DNA of 64,000 nucleotides from a virus (Duplodnaviria; Caudoviricetes): IMG/VR virus record IMGVR_UViG_3300037504_000149; one strand, given 5' to 3'. The position numbers and the translations under genes were made by a program. The notes below the pieces were generated by a model. It saw only the letters and a program-made list of their open reading frames with translations, had not been told where the DNA came from and made no database searches. Positions 47,650 to 57,280 of this stretch are shown piece by piece (position 1 is the stretch's first letter; every line of letters starts with the position of its first letter).

Positions 47650-47686
47650 CAGTTATCTCCTTAATATAATTGTTGCTTCATCTACT

Positions 47687-47697
47687 ATTATACCATA
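47687..47697 (-). promoter_or_regulatory. Extended -10 promoter TATGGTATAAT
   Basis: Just downstream of a terminator and upstream of the 47649 start. Confidence 0.55.
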
Positions 47698-47703
47698 ATA
47701 GAT

Positions 47704-47733
47704 AAAAAAACAGCCCTTATAACAAGAGCTGTT
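47704..47733 (-). terminator. Intrinsic terminator
   Basis: ACAGCTCTT / AAGGGCTGT stem (one G-U pair) followed by a T7 tract. Confidence 0.65.
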
Positions 47734-47753
47734 GATTTATACTTTATATTTAT

Positions 47754-48380
47754 TTAACTAGTCCATAATATATGCCACCTAGCTTGTGGTTTATTTGTTT
47801 TCTTAAACCCATATAACTTACCACTTTCTAGTTTATTCCTAACTGTAGCGGTAGTTACGTTTAGTTGTTCTGCTATAAATTTAGTATTTGTTACTTTAAT
47901 ACGTGGATCCGCTAAGAGTATACTCACACTACGTGCATATTTAGGTGACTTATCTTGATCACTATCCTCTAAAACCACACGGACATAGTCTCCATGATAT
48001 TCTATTAAAGAAATATAAATACTATCTGTATCTATAACTGGAAAATTATCAGATATGATCAAATCCTTAGAAGGTATATCCGTATCCGAGTGAGTCAGTG
48101 ATTGTATTTCCCTAAGCATTTGATCTGCTTCCTTTGATAATTCAGGGTCTTTATCGGCATATTCTCGTAATGCGTAGTTTACCGTAGCTTCAACCATCTC
48201 CTTTTTCATGTCTAAAGCTTGGTTAAGTAATTCAATATCATTAGATTGTGCATCTATATCGTACTTAGGTATATCTATATCTGTGCCGAAAGACTTACGT
48301 AACCATACTACAAGTTTATACCATACTCTTTTAAACCATAATCCTATTTTTCTAAACATACTATTCCTCCGTTTGATCAC
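47754..48380 (-). CDS. Protein with C-terminal excisionase-like HTH
   Basis: IAEQLNVTTATVRNKLESGKLYGFK...W.I. Confidence 0.6.
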   Translation of the reverse strand: MIKRRNSMFRKIGLWFKRVWYKLVVWLRKSFGTDIDIPKYDIDAQSNDIELLNQALDMKKEMVEATVNYALREYADKDPELSKEADQMLREIQSLTHSDTDIPSKDLIISDNFPVIDTDSIYISLIEYHGDYVRVVLEDSDQDKSPKYARSVSILLADPRIKVTNTKFIAEQLNVTTATVRNKLESGKLYGFKKTNKPQARWHILWTS

Positions 48381-49674
48381 TACGGTTTCTAAATACTGGT
48401 GTTTTTACTCCGCGTTCATTAGCTTTCCACTCTTTAGGATTATCTAACCATACCTTCTCTTCCATTATAACACCTTCGTGTTCATGTATAGTTAGTAATT
48501 TTTGGCTTGGTCGAGAGCATAAACGTTTTTCTGCTGCAAATGGTGATGTCCCTACCCAACTTCCGTTAATGTAAGTGTAACTGTTATTATCGCTTATAGT
48601 TGCATCTCGATGGTGATGTCCTATTTTAAACAAGTCTGCCTGTTCTCCAAAAAACTGTCCATACTGTGCATTGGCTCTATCAATACCATAATATGGAATA
48701 CCTCTACTATAAGACCGTATATTATCTCCGTGTGTTATTAAATGTAACCACTTAGGTATTTCATCTAATCGATATAAAATACCACCAGTCTTCGCATAAA
48801 CTAAATCTATACCATCTACATCCATAAACTTTAATCTTAGCATTTCAGCTACTAGATTGTCAAAGTTATCAGCTTTATGATGATGCTTAGAGAATCTACC
48901 ATGATTACCTGGCACCATCTGTATTAATATTCTATTAAACCACTTCTTCAATGTAACTATCATTTGTACGAACATATCAGTAACTACATAAACTTGTTCA
49001 AGTACAGAGTTAATTGCGTAGTTACGTTGTCCAGGATAAATAGATACACCCTCTATCAAATCACCTAAGAAATCCATACATAATGTATTTATAGGAAAAG
49101 CTTTACGCTTTATCTCCGTAAGTTGGATTATCTTTTCAGTGAGTTTTTTACCCCTCTCTAACATAATGTCCATATTGTAGGGGGCTACACCTTGGGCATC
49201 GGTAGTTTTAAATACTGTACCTCCTTGAACATCTCCAATAACAATATTAGCTACATAAGCTTCGTCGGAATCAATCTTAGGTACAACTTGCTCTACTTTA
49301 ATAGGCTTACGTTTAGCTTCATAGCGTGCTATCTCAGCCCTCATTAGTTCCCAAAAATCTTTTAAACGTTTATTTTCAGCTAATACTTTCTTTAATTGCT
49401 TTTCAGTTTCTACACTTTGAACAATATCTTTACCATACTTCTTGACAAATTCTGCTCTATCCCGTAATCCAAAGTCTTCTCTAACTTTATCCATTAAGCC
49501 AGCTCTACGTAACTTACCACGCACAGCATCACCAGAAGGAGCACCAACTATTTCTGCTACTTTAGCAAACGCTTCTGTATATGTAGAAGATTTTACTTCA
49601 AAAACTGTTTTGTAATATAGTTCTTCTGGTGATATATTATCCCAAGATATGTTGTTCAATAAGTCTTTAGACAT
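48361..49674 (-). CDS. Calcineurin-like metallophosphoesterase with N-terminal helical/coiled-coil region
   Basis: GDVQ.G, LGDLIEG, PGNHGR, HGD, GHHH and NGSW.G motifs. Confidence 0.8.
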   Translation of the reverse strand: MSKDLLNNISWDNISPEELYYKTVFEVKSSTYTEAFAKVAEIVGAPSGDAVRGKLRRAGLMDKVREDFGLRDRAEFVKKYGKDIVQSVETEKQLKKVLAENKRLKDFWELMRAEIARYEAKRKPIKVEQVVPKIDSDEAYVANIVIGDVQGGTVFKTTDAQGVAPYNMDIMLERGKKLTEKIIQLTEIKRKAFPINTLCMDFLGDLIEGVSIYPGQRNYAINSVLEQVYVVTDMFVQMIVTLKKWFNRILIQMVPGNHGRFSKHHHKADNFDNLVAEMLRLKFMDVDGIDLVYAKTGGILYRLDEIPKWLHLITHGDNIRSYSRGIPYYGIDRANAQYGQFFGEQADLFKIGHHHRDATISDNNSYTYINGSWVGTSPFAAEKRLCSRPSQKLLTIHEHEGVIMEEKVWLDNPKEWKANERGVKTPVFRNRSDQTEE

Positions 49675-49685
49675 GAAAACTCCTT

Positions 49686-50123
49686 TTAATCTACAATTGG
49701 ATTCTTCTCGTAATGTTTTAACTTAGTTAAAAATTTAATAGGTAATACTTTTACACAGTTTGCACATTCTAAATTATTTAATTGACCTGTACCACTACAC
49801 TTAGTGTTCCAATAATTACAACAATTTTCACATACTCCTCCTATGATTATACTTGCTAAAACTGTTTGGTAATCTAAAATATTAGTAACTATTTCATTAG
49901 TAAGCTCACCAAATTTACTTTCAAATAATTCTACTATATTACGATTAGTGTCTCTTCTTACAGCTTCTTTACGTAAAAATTTATCGAAAGTAACTCTAGC
50001 TATTGGATGAAATCTTTTTGTTTCCTTTAATAATTTATATATATTAAAGCCTAACGGATGTTCGTTTATAATAATCCTTATAGCCTCTAACTTATTTTGT
50101 GTCACCTGTGTCATTTGAATCAT
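49686..50123 (-). CDS. Hypothetical protein with Cys-rich C-terminus
   Basis: CENCC...C...CANC. Confidence 0.5.
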   Translation of the reverse strand: MIQMTQVTQNKLEAIRIIINEHPLGFNIYKLLKETKRFHPIARVTFDKFLRKEAVRRDTNRNIVELFESKFGELTNEIVTNILDYQTVLASIIIGGVCENCCNYWNTKCSGTGQLNNLECANCVKVLPIKFLTKLKHYEKNPIVD

Positions 50124-50505
50124 CTACTTCAATTTTGCTAAGAGCATCAACTGTTATTTTAGATAGCTCTTCCCAATTTTCACGAACGATAATTCCCGGA
50201 ACACTAACTGAAACACTTCTGTTGCCCGTAAGTATATTTACATCATCTAATATATCCTCTAAACTATTAGATATAGTTTCTTGTACAGTATTGTCAAACA
50301 CTTTACGGTAATCTAAATATACTTTTTGGTATTTTCCATCAAACAACAATTTTAGTTTTTTACTAGTTATTTTATCTAATTTAAATTTACTTAATCTACT
50401 ATCCATAGATCTGAAAATAGTATCTACAAATTCTATAAATAACTTTTCTAAAACTGTATCATTTAATTCTGTAGACAAAGATACTGTAAACATACTAATC
50501 TCCAT
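50092..50505 (-). CDS. Hypothetical protein
   Basis: 137-aa ORF overlapping its neighbours. Confidence 0.5.
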   Translation of the reverse strand: MEISMFTVSLSTELNDTVLEKLFIEFVDTIFRSMDSRLSKFKLDKITSKKLKLLFDGKYQKVYLDYRKVFDNTVQETISNSLEDILDDVNILTGNRSVSVSVPGIIVRENWEELSKITVDALSKIEVDDSNDTGDTK

Positions 50506-50947
50506 ATCTGCATTTGACTAATTTATGTTTTTTACGTGCTTTCATATACAACAAGGTAGCACTACTTAACATATTATCAACGTCTAACATAAGTTCGTCT
50601 GTACTATTAATTACAGTGCGTAAATACTTTCTATAATATTTATAAGCCTTATCAATATTTTCATAATCTTCACTTGTAAAATTAAAATCTGTATCATCAT
50701 TTTTACTGGAAATATCTAGTAAACTATTATACTTCCTGTATATTGATGCGGCTCTAAACTTGCTAGTATATCTTTTACCAAATATAAACTCATCTAACAA
50801 GTAATCATATCTATCATTAATATACCTAGTTTTCTCATCTACTTCCATACCTTTAGGTATGTCTATATTAAAACTTATGTATTCAGTAAATGCTGCTACC
50901 ATCTCTATAATTTTATGTACATAATCTCTTTCTTTATCAGACAACAT
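50495..50947 (-). CDS. Hypothetical protein
   Basis: 150 aa, GGAGGAG RBS. Confidence 0.55.
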   Translation of the reverse strand: MLSDKERDYVHKIIEMVAAFTEYISFNIDIPKGMEVDEKTRYINDRYDYLLDEFIFGKRYTSKFRAASIYRKYNSLLDISSKNDDTDFNFTSEDYENIDKAYKYYRKYLRTVINSTDELMLDVDNMLSSATLLYMKARKKHKLVKCRYGD

Positions 50948-51087
50948 TAAGACTCCTCCTCTTTATCATCATAAAATTCACATTCATCTTTAAACTTACA
51001 ATGTTTACAATGTTTAGTGTCTATTGGTTTAGATATACATTTATGATTTATTTCAGCATCAGGTTTAATTCCTCTAAATATTCTCAT
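50947..51087 (-). CDS. 46-aa Cys4 protein not in the ORF track (MRIFRGIKPDAEINHKCISKPIDTKHCKHCKFKDECEFYDDKEEES)
   Basis: AGGGAGGT RBS; its TAA overlaps the next ATG (TAATG). Confidence 0.6.
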   Translation of the reverse strand: MRIFRGIKPDAEINHKCISKPIDTKHCKHCKFKDECEFYDDKEEES

Positions 51088-51107
51088 AGTTAGTAATAAC
51101 ACCTCCC

Positions 51108-53225
51108 TTAAGACGGCATACTTGTTGGTGGTGTAGGCATATCTCCTCCCATATCTTCTCCACCCGCAGCAGACTCACCCATACCCTCTCCTTCAAGCGG
51201 TGCTCCGCCTGGTATAGATTCAATGGATTTAGGTAATCCATTACCTGGGCTAACTTTACTAGGTTGGTTTGCAGGGTTGCCTCCAGGTAATCCTCCACCC
51301 AGACCGCCAGGACCAGTACTGATATTTGGTGTTCCTCCTTTTGTGGGTTGGGCTTGCTTACCACCTTGTTGTGATTGACGTAATGTCTCATACTGGATAG
51401 GATTTTTCATGTATAGAGTACCATACGCAGGATCCATAATTGTGCGTTGCAGTTCTACAGTATCTTTAAATACTTCATCAAATGGTATGTTTAATCGCTT
51501 CATTAACCAAGGTAAGAAGTTTAAGGCAACTTTACCAGTAGACATTAATTTCATGATTGTTTCAACTTGTAATGTTTCTAATTGTGTCCTAATTCTATCG
51601 TTAAATATAATACCTTCTTGTTCAGTAGGTACATCATACTGTACTCTGGTAGCCGTTTTAGGTGTACGCAAGTTTCCATCTGTGTAAAGACTAGCTACCC
51701 TTTTTGTTAAAGGTAATGATTCTTCTGCTTCTTTTAATGCTTTTTCTACAAATGCTGCTGTTTTAACATTTTTATTGTGTCTATCAGCTTCTTCAAGCAT
51801 TTTACTTAGTACTTCAGGTGTAATATCCTCATCAGTAATTTTGCTAGAATAATGCAGTTTAGGCATATAGTACCCTGTAGGTGTTGTTCTAACATTATGT
51901 TGTATATCTGCTTGCTTTCTACGATAGTATCCTCTAGCTATTGCTACAGGCATTAATATTTTATCCGTAATTAATCTAGCAAACCTAGCTCTATGTACAG
52001 CATAACGTTGTTCCCTTACCTCATTCTTTATAAATTCTGAAGCATAGGAATAAGCTCTACTACCAGAAGATTCATCAACACCACTCCACAAACCCAAAGC
52101 TATCATTTTACGGCAATATTCTAATTCACCAGTTAACGGCAATAATCTCATGCCACTTGAACTAGTTTCTATTCTCACGTCGTCGGGAGCTACAACAACA
52201 GCATTTGGATGAGATGCGGCTGACTGGAACATAGCTCTAACTTGTGCTATTCGATCGTCTGAAGCATAACCTTGGTAAGTATTATCACCAACTAAGATTA
52301 AGTCTGGATATTTCAACCTATCTCTTGCTATCCTATAATTAGCGTTCATCAACACTCGTTCATAAAGTAAATAATTTAATACACATAGTACTAAACTTTC
52401 TCCGCGTACTGTAGAGGATACGCCTCGATTAGTTGCTTCCCATACGAAGAATGGGTTTATAGTAAATCTATCATTACCAGCAAACTGTAACATACCAGAG
52501 AAATAAATATCACTAGTAACAGCTTGCATAGTTTTACCCTGCCACTCTCTGTGTAAGTCTCTATGATAAACATAGTTACGCATAACTGAAGGGAGGGGAT
52601 CAGTTAATCTTGCAGATGGATCTTCGTGCTCTGTAATAGTGAAAGCATGAGGTGGTATATGATTACATTTTTCCCATCCTCGGAGTGTACTACTCCATCG
52701 TCCTACAGTGATAGATTCACCAAACAAGAAATAACTAAGAATCATTCCAAGTAACTCATCACCATAGATACCTAAATTATGTAACATATCGTTATATTCA
52801 CGTTGTATAGCTTTATCGTCACAATTTAAAGTATAAGGTGAGTAAGTTATTTGAGAATGTAGATCTATACTATTCCTAACATACGGATGCTGTTTATAGA
52901 ATGTGTATATCATATTATTTAAAAAGTGCCTGCTTCGAGGTAGTACAAGGTCTATCTCGGACAGCCACGATTCAAATCCTACGTCATCAGGGATATAAGC
53001 ATTACCTGTATTAGAAGTTCCACCTCCAGTCCCTAATTCCGCAGTTCTAATCTGTGATTCATAACGTACTTCTTCTTGGGGAAGCATTGCTGCTTTATGC
53101 AATATATCCCCATTAATAGGCTCTTCCGTCCCACCAACATGTAGCGTATTTTTGGACGCATTAGTTTTGGTAGAAGGTTTATAATACTCGCCTAATTTAA
53201 TTTGTAAATTATTTGTGTCTTTCAC
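51108..53225 (-). CDS. Portal protein
   Basis: FYKQHPYVRNSIDLHS, YFLFGE, VRGESLV..VL..L.YE..L; Gly/Pro-rich C-terminal tail; first gene of the head cluster. Confidence 0.75.
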   Translation of the reverse strand: MKDTNNLQIKLGEYYKPSTKTNASKNTLHVGGTEEPINGDILHKAAMLPQEEVRYESQIRTAELGTGGGTSNTGNAYIPDDVGFESWLSEIDLVLPRSRHFLNNMIYTFYKQHPYVRNSIDLHSQITYSPYTLNCDDKAIQREYNDMLHNLGIYGDELLGMILSYFLFGESITVGRWSSTLRGWEKCNHIPPHAFTITEHEDPSARLTDPLPSVMRNYVYHRDLHREWQGKTMQAVTSDIYFSGMLQFAGNDRFTINPFFVWEATNRGVSSTVRGESLVLCVLNYLLYERVLMNANYRIARDRLKYPDLILVGDNTYQGYASDDRIAQVRAMFQSAASHPNAVVVAPDDVRIETSSSGMRLLPLTGELEYCRKMIALGLWSGVDESSGSRAYSYASEFIKNEVREQRYAVHRARFARLITDKILMPVAIARGYYRRKQADIQHNVRTTPTGYYMPKLHYSSKITDEDITPEVLSKMLEEADRHNKNVKTAAFVEKALKEAEESLPLTKRVASLYTDGNLRTPKTATRVQYDVPTEQEGIIFNDRIRTQLETLQVETIMKLMSTGKVALNFLPWLMKRLNIPFDEVFKDTVELQRTIMDPAYGTLYMKNPIQYETLRQSQQGGKQAQPTKGGTPNISTGPGGLGGGLPGGNPANQPSKVSPGNGLPKSIESIPGGAPLEGEGMGESAAGGEDMGGDMPTPPTSMPS

Positions 53226-53255
53226 TATTATCCACCTAAAAATATCTACGCATCT

Positions 53256-53266
53256 ATTATAACATA
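53256..53266 (-). promoter_or_regulatory. Extended -10 promoter TATGTTATAAT
   Basis: Upstream of the portal gene. Confidence 0.6.
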
Positions 53267-53282
53267 AGCCACCTTTCTAGGG

Positions 53283-53738
53283 TTAGCTCCGTAATTCTGG
53301 ATACTTTTGATAAAATTCGTTCCACTTTCTGTGGTAATCTCCGTTATTACGCGAGATACGTTTATTTAGTTTGTGTATTTCTGAAGGTGTACTTACATCT
53401 TCTTCTTTTAACTTGAATAGTTTTAGTTGAGACCAATAATCTAATATTTCCTGAAAGCGCCTAGGTATAGTCAACATAACTAAAACAGAATTATTGTCTT
53501 TATCTTCCTTAATTTCTTCAATACCTAAACTGTTTCTTAAATCATTATTCCATACATTAATAGATCCTGAGTATAAACAACTAGGACCACTCAAGTATAA
53601 CGCACTTACTCTACGATAAACTTCATCTGTTAAATATTTGACTCTACTTTCTTTATCCATAGATTCTGGTATATCTATAGTCATTATAAGTGTTATGTTA
53701 TCTTTTAAACCCATAGATTGTTTGATACGAGGTAACAT
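53283..53738 (-). CDS. Hypothetical protein
   Basis: 151 aa, AAGGAG RBS. Confidence 0.55.
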   Translation of the reverse strand: MLPRIKQSMGLKDNITLIMTIDIPESMDKESRVKYLTDEVYRRVSALYLSGPSCLYSGSINVWNNDLRNSLGIEEIKEDKDNNSVLVMLTIPRRFQEILDYWSQLKLFKLKEEDVSTPSEIHKLNKRISRNNGDYHRKWNEFYQKYPELRS

Positions 53739-53740
53739 TA

Positions 53741-54004
53741 TTACTCCTTAGATGTTTGATCTGCTCTTTTTAATACACTTTCTTTAATTCTTGGTAAGTC
53801 TTCTTTTTCAGGTATCCCACCCGCAGCACCGGGACTAGCACCACCTGGTACTTTAACAAATCCACTACCCCCAGTAATACGCCTTACTAATCCTCTTTTC
53901 TTACAACGAGGACAATGTACATAGGGATCTATCATCATGCTATGTGTAGTTTCGAATTCGTAACCACACTCTTTACAAACATAAATATACACCGCCATAA
54001 TCAC
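53741..54004 (-). CDS. FmdB-family zinc ribbon protein
   Basis: YIYVCKECGYEFE...CPRC...LVRRIT. Confidence 0.75.
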   Translation of the reverse strand: MIMAVYIYVCKECGYEFETTHSMMIDPYVHCPRCKKRGLVRRITGGSGFVKVPGGASPGAAGGIPEKEDLPRIKESVLKRADQTSKE

Positions 54005-55413
54005 TCCTTAAGTATGTTTAGTAGTTCTTCATAATACATCTGTATGACTGAATATCCTTTATCTTGGTATAGTTTCTTTCGTTGGGATGATTGTCTTCGT
54101 AATGTATAATCATATCTATCTAAAAAATCAATAATAATTACTTCATTTGGACCTTCCCGCTTTCGAGTCAGGGCACGTCCAGTACCCTGATAAACTTTTA
54201 CTGGTGACTTTCCGGCTGCAGTATATACCAAAACTCTGATATTTTCAATGTCCAGTCCCTCACCCGCCACTTTGGAGTTCGCTATTACAATGGGAACCCT
54301 TCCTGCGTCGAAGTCTTCTTGTATTTTCTGGCGTTTGGGCAAGGGTGTACTGCCTTGGATAAATGGTGCATTTAGTTGTTTACTTAAATACTTTCCATGC
54401 TTTTTTCTATCAACTAATATAAATGTTGGTAAGTTTGTATTTTTTGCAATATTAATTATAGCTTTGTTCCTGTTATCATTATCTACAATACACTTCTTAT
54501 ACTTCTGCATATAATTATCTTTAGGTACTAATGACCTTGGTCTACGCTCTACCGGGATCATAATTACTTGTGGTTTAGCTACATATCCTTCCTCAATAGC
54601 TTGAGCTGTAGTATAAGTGTAGATGCATGGTCCAGTAACTGCACGTACTGCCATATCGTTTAGTAAAGAGACGCCTTTAGGTGTATCAGAAAACCCTAAT
54701 CTATAGTAAGCCTCGCTTTCCATACTATACTCAAACCAATAACCCTCATGGTTTATATGGTGTGCCTCATCTATAATTAACACATCAGCAGATTTGAACA
54801 ACTCCCTGGCTTTATTTCTAGCTTTTTCACGTGAGAATTTAGGGATGGAGACACACATAATTTTACCGTCTCTATGATCTCCTCCTACCGTATACCCAAC
54901 CTCCTGACCTAATAATTTACTTAATTTATCTACTTGCTGGTATAATAACATTCGCTTATCGAAATAATAAACTACATTTAAGTCTGGTAGATTAGCTAAA
55001 ACCATCGCTATAATTTCTGTTTTACCTCCCCTGATAGTTACTTGCGATGTTCCTCTACCTTTGATAAGACATTGTTTAGCACACTCCATTTGATAGTCTC
55101 TAGGCTCTCTTTCTATCGCTAAATCATATGTTATATCTGAGGGATTAATTGGTAAAGGATTTACACCTTTATAATCTATTTTGAGAGAATTAAATAGTTT
55201 AGCATTTTCCTCAATTACTGATATTAATCCAGAAGGGAAATACTTACCTTCATAATTATAAAATCTATGCTTCCCATCCCACATACCTTGCTCGAATGCG
55301 GGGTTATACTTAGCATTAGGTACGTCTACAGTAAATAAATCATTCACGATTTTAGATTCATCTACCGTGCTATCGGTCACATAAGCATGATTATTATAGA
55401 CTTCTATGTACAT
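54001..55413 (-). CDS. Superfamily 2 helicase (UvsW-like)
   Basis: PRDYQ, GGKT, IIDEAHH, GFSDTP, EGLDI and QGTGRAL motifs. Confidence 0.88.
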   Translation of the reverse strand: MYIEVYNNHAYVTDSTVDESKIVNDLFTVDVPNAKYNPAFEQGMWDGKHRFYNYEGKYFPSGLISVIEENAKLFNSLKIDYKGVNPLPINPSDITYDLAIEREPRDYQMECAKQCLIKGRGTSQVTIRGGKTEIIAMVLANLPDLNVVYYFDKRMLLYQQVDKLSKLLGQEVGYTVGGDHRDGKIMCVSIPKFSREKARNKARELFKSADVLIIDEAHHINHEGYWFEYSMESEAYYRLGFSDTPKGVSLLNDMAVRAVTGPCIYTYTTAQAIEEGYVAKPQVIMIPVERRPRSLVPKDNYMQKYKKCIVDNDNRNKAIINIAKNTNLPTFILVDRKKHGKYLSKQLNAPFIQGSTPLPKRQKIQEDFDAGRVPIVIANSKVAGEGLDIENIRVLVYTAAGKSPVKVYQGTGRALTRKREGPNEVIIIDFLDRYDYTLRRQSSQRKKLYQDKGYSVIQMYYEELLNILKE

Positions 55414-55434
55414 AGATTTCCTAAAGAGGGTTTG

Positions 55435-55443
55435 TGTTATACT
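55435..55443 (+). promoter_or_regulatory. Extended -10 promoter TGTTATACT (rightward)
   Basis: Upstream of the RuvC-like gene (likely start 55522). Confidence 0.45.
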
Positions 55444-55476
55444 TTATCGCAGAAAGCTCCAGCGGCGATCGTAGTC

Positions 55477-55505
55477 ATTATAGCATATAACTCAATAAAT
55501 TTCAA
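55477..55505 (-). promoter_or_regulatory. Sigma70-type promoter TTGAAA-N17-(TGc)TATAAT (leftward, helicase)
   Basis: 17-bp spacer, perfect -10 with TG extension. Confidence 0.7.
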
Positions 55506-55521
55506 TACAAAGCGGGTTAAA

Positions 55522-56184
55522 ATGACAACTTTTTCAGATTTTAATGAAATTCCTATAGTTGGATTTGATGTAGGATTAACGTGTATGGGTATATCTTCTG
55601 TAATGTGTGACACGAATACATTAATTAGTGTGCACGATATGACATATATTAAATTTAACCATGATAGAACATCACGTATATTAGTAGATTACGCCAATAG
55701 ACTTAAACAAAATAAAGATATTTATGGAGGAGTACTAACATATTTGAATGAAAGTATATACCATAGAGTACAGCAACAACTGCCTAAAATATTTACTTTT
55801 ATCGACTCTTTTATAGAGTATATTCCTAGAGATGAACCTTTGTACTTTGCTTTAGAACAACCTTTTATGGCAGGGTCTAAATTAGTTAAAGCTTTTCAAA
55901 AACAAGTTTTGTTAAATGGTTACCTTACTATACTTTTAAAAACACGATATCCACAAGCTACAATAATAGGGGTGGAAAATAGGATAGCAAAATTGTCTAC
56001 TATAGGTAAGGCGATAAAAGATAAGGAGAAGATAGTAAAATTGATGATTGATTTATTCCCTACCCTTGGTAAAATTACTAAAAACTTCTCTAAAGAAGGA
56101 AGACAATCTAGTATTGAAGGTGTGATGATAGCGATCGGAGCACTTGGAGGAATCACATTTTTAAGTAACATTCCACGATCATAA
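55522..56184 (+). CDS. RuvC-like Holliday junction resolvase
   Basis: IVGFDVGLTCMG, FALEQPF, AK...GKA..DKE, EGVMIA; start moved from 55387 to 55522 because the upstream part contains promoters. Confidence 0.65.
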   Translation: MTTFSDFNEIPIVGFDVGLTCMGISSVMCDTNTLISVHDMTYIKFNHDRTSRILVDYANRLKQNKDIYGGVLTYLNESIYHRVQQQLPKIFTFIDSFIEYIPRDEPLYFALEQPFMAGSKLVKAFQKQVLLNGYLTILLKTRYPQATIIGVENRIAKLSTIGKAIKDKEKIVKLMIDLFPTLGKITKNFSKEGRQSSIEGVMIAIGALGGITFLSNIPRS

Positions 56185-56335
56185 GCAAAAAGTTTGTGCT
56201 AAATTTCTCGAACTGCTTATACAGCGCGTCTAGGCTGCTCATAATCTTCGGAGTTTATATGGCGTTGTGGTCCTTCTCCCCCTAGTATAATATTATATTA
56301 TATATTATATTAGATCCTACATAATATTTTATGTA

Positions 56336-57280
56336 ATGCAGAATCAGAATCATAATGCTTATTTCTCTTCACAAGCTTGTGCCCCATTTCACAATCTCCA
56401 CCTTTTCGCGCTGCCGCGCTCAAAGTTGTCGATCGCCTCCGGCGGTGAAGAAAAACTTGAAATTTTTGAAATGAGAGACTATACTGAGTGGACGATGAAC
56501 CTAGATCACTTTGACAGTTTTGAGCAGGAGAGTATATTTTGGGAAATCGTGCGTGTGTACGAGTACCAAGCTTCACGTTATCAAAAATACAAAACTTACA
56601 TAATCAATCGTCGTACATCTTTATCTAACAATCGTAATTTTAAAATTATTAAAAGTATAGCTGATTTCATTATAGATAATGGTATCCAAGATGATATACC
56701 TAACTTCATCGCAGCTCAATTCAACCACTTAAAAGGTAACGATGATAGAACTAAATGGAATTATCCTTGGTTAAATAAACTAAAATCTAAGAAAGCTTTA
56801 AATAAATATCTACAATACAAGAAAAAAGCAAATCAAGATAATGTTACACCAATATGGAAACAGAGATTATTACAAGATTATGAAACTATAAATTATGAAG
56901 TGTATAGAGAGATTCCAAATGATATAACTAGTTATCAAGAAGCAGAAAATTATGTCTATGATACTGTGATTAAGTTAATTTACCACCCAGCCATAACTAT
57001 ATCACCTTATTATTTTATAGCTACAACTAAAATATTAAATAACTTAGTAGAAGCGTATGATCAATTTATAACATTACAACCAAGTCATGCACTGTATGAT
57101 TATTTAGGTGCATTAATTATACCAACTTTCAAAAACATTAAAGAGGTAGTAGATGGTTTGCCAGATGTTTTTTATACTAGATTAATACAGGAACGTACTA
57201 GATTAGATAAAGTATATAATTTTAAATATGAGAGTTTTATAGTATATTATAGTTTCAGGAGTGTGGCAAGTGGTAGATAA
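56336..57280 (+). CDS. Hypothetical replication-module protein (possible helicase loader/initiator); true start may be 56471
   Basis: Directly upstream of and overlapping DnaB; FIAAQF...YPWLN.L.S.KA motif. Confidence 0.45.
   Translation: MQNQNHNAYFSSQACAPFHNLHLFALPRSKLSIASGGEEKLEIFEMRDYTEWTMNLDHFDSFEQESIFWEIVRVYEYQASRYQKYKTYIINRRTSLSNNRNFKIIKSIADFIIDNGIQDDIPNFIAAQFNHLKGNDDRTKWNYPWLNKLKSKKALNKYLQYKKKANQDNVTPIWKQRLLQDYETINYEVYREIPNDITSYQEAENYVYDTVIKLIYHPAITISPYYFIATTKILNNLVEAYDQFITLQPSHALYDYLGALIIPTFKNIKEVVDGLPDVFYTRLIQERTRLDKVYNFKYESFIVYYSFRSVASGR

Noticed and set aside
51074-51391. 105-aa alternative-frame ORF overlapping the portal C-terminus
   Set aside because: It arises in the GC-rich Gly/Pro tail where stops are rare; no slippery site or RBS was noticed, and a better 46-aa ORF follows the portal
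55387-55521. N-terminal extension of the RuvC-like ORF given in the track
   Set aside because: It overlaps the helicase start and two promoters; the first catalytic motif begins shortly after Met at 55522
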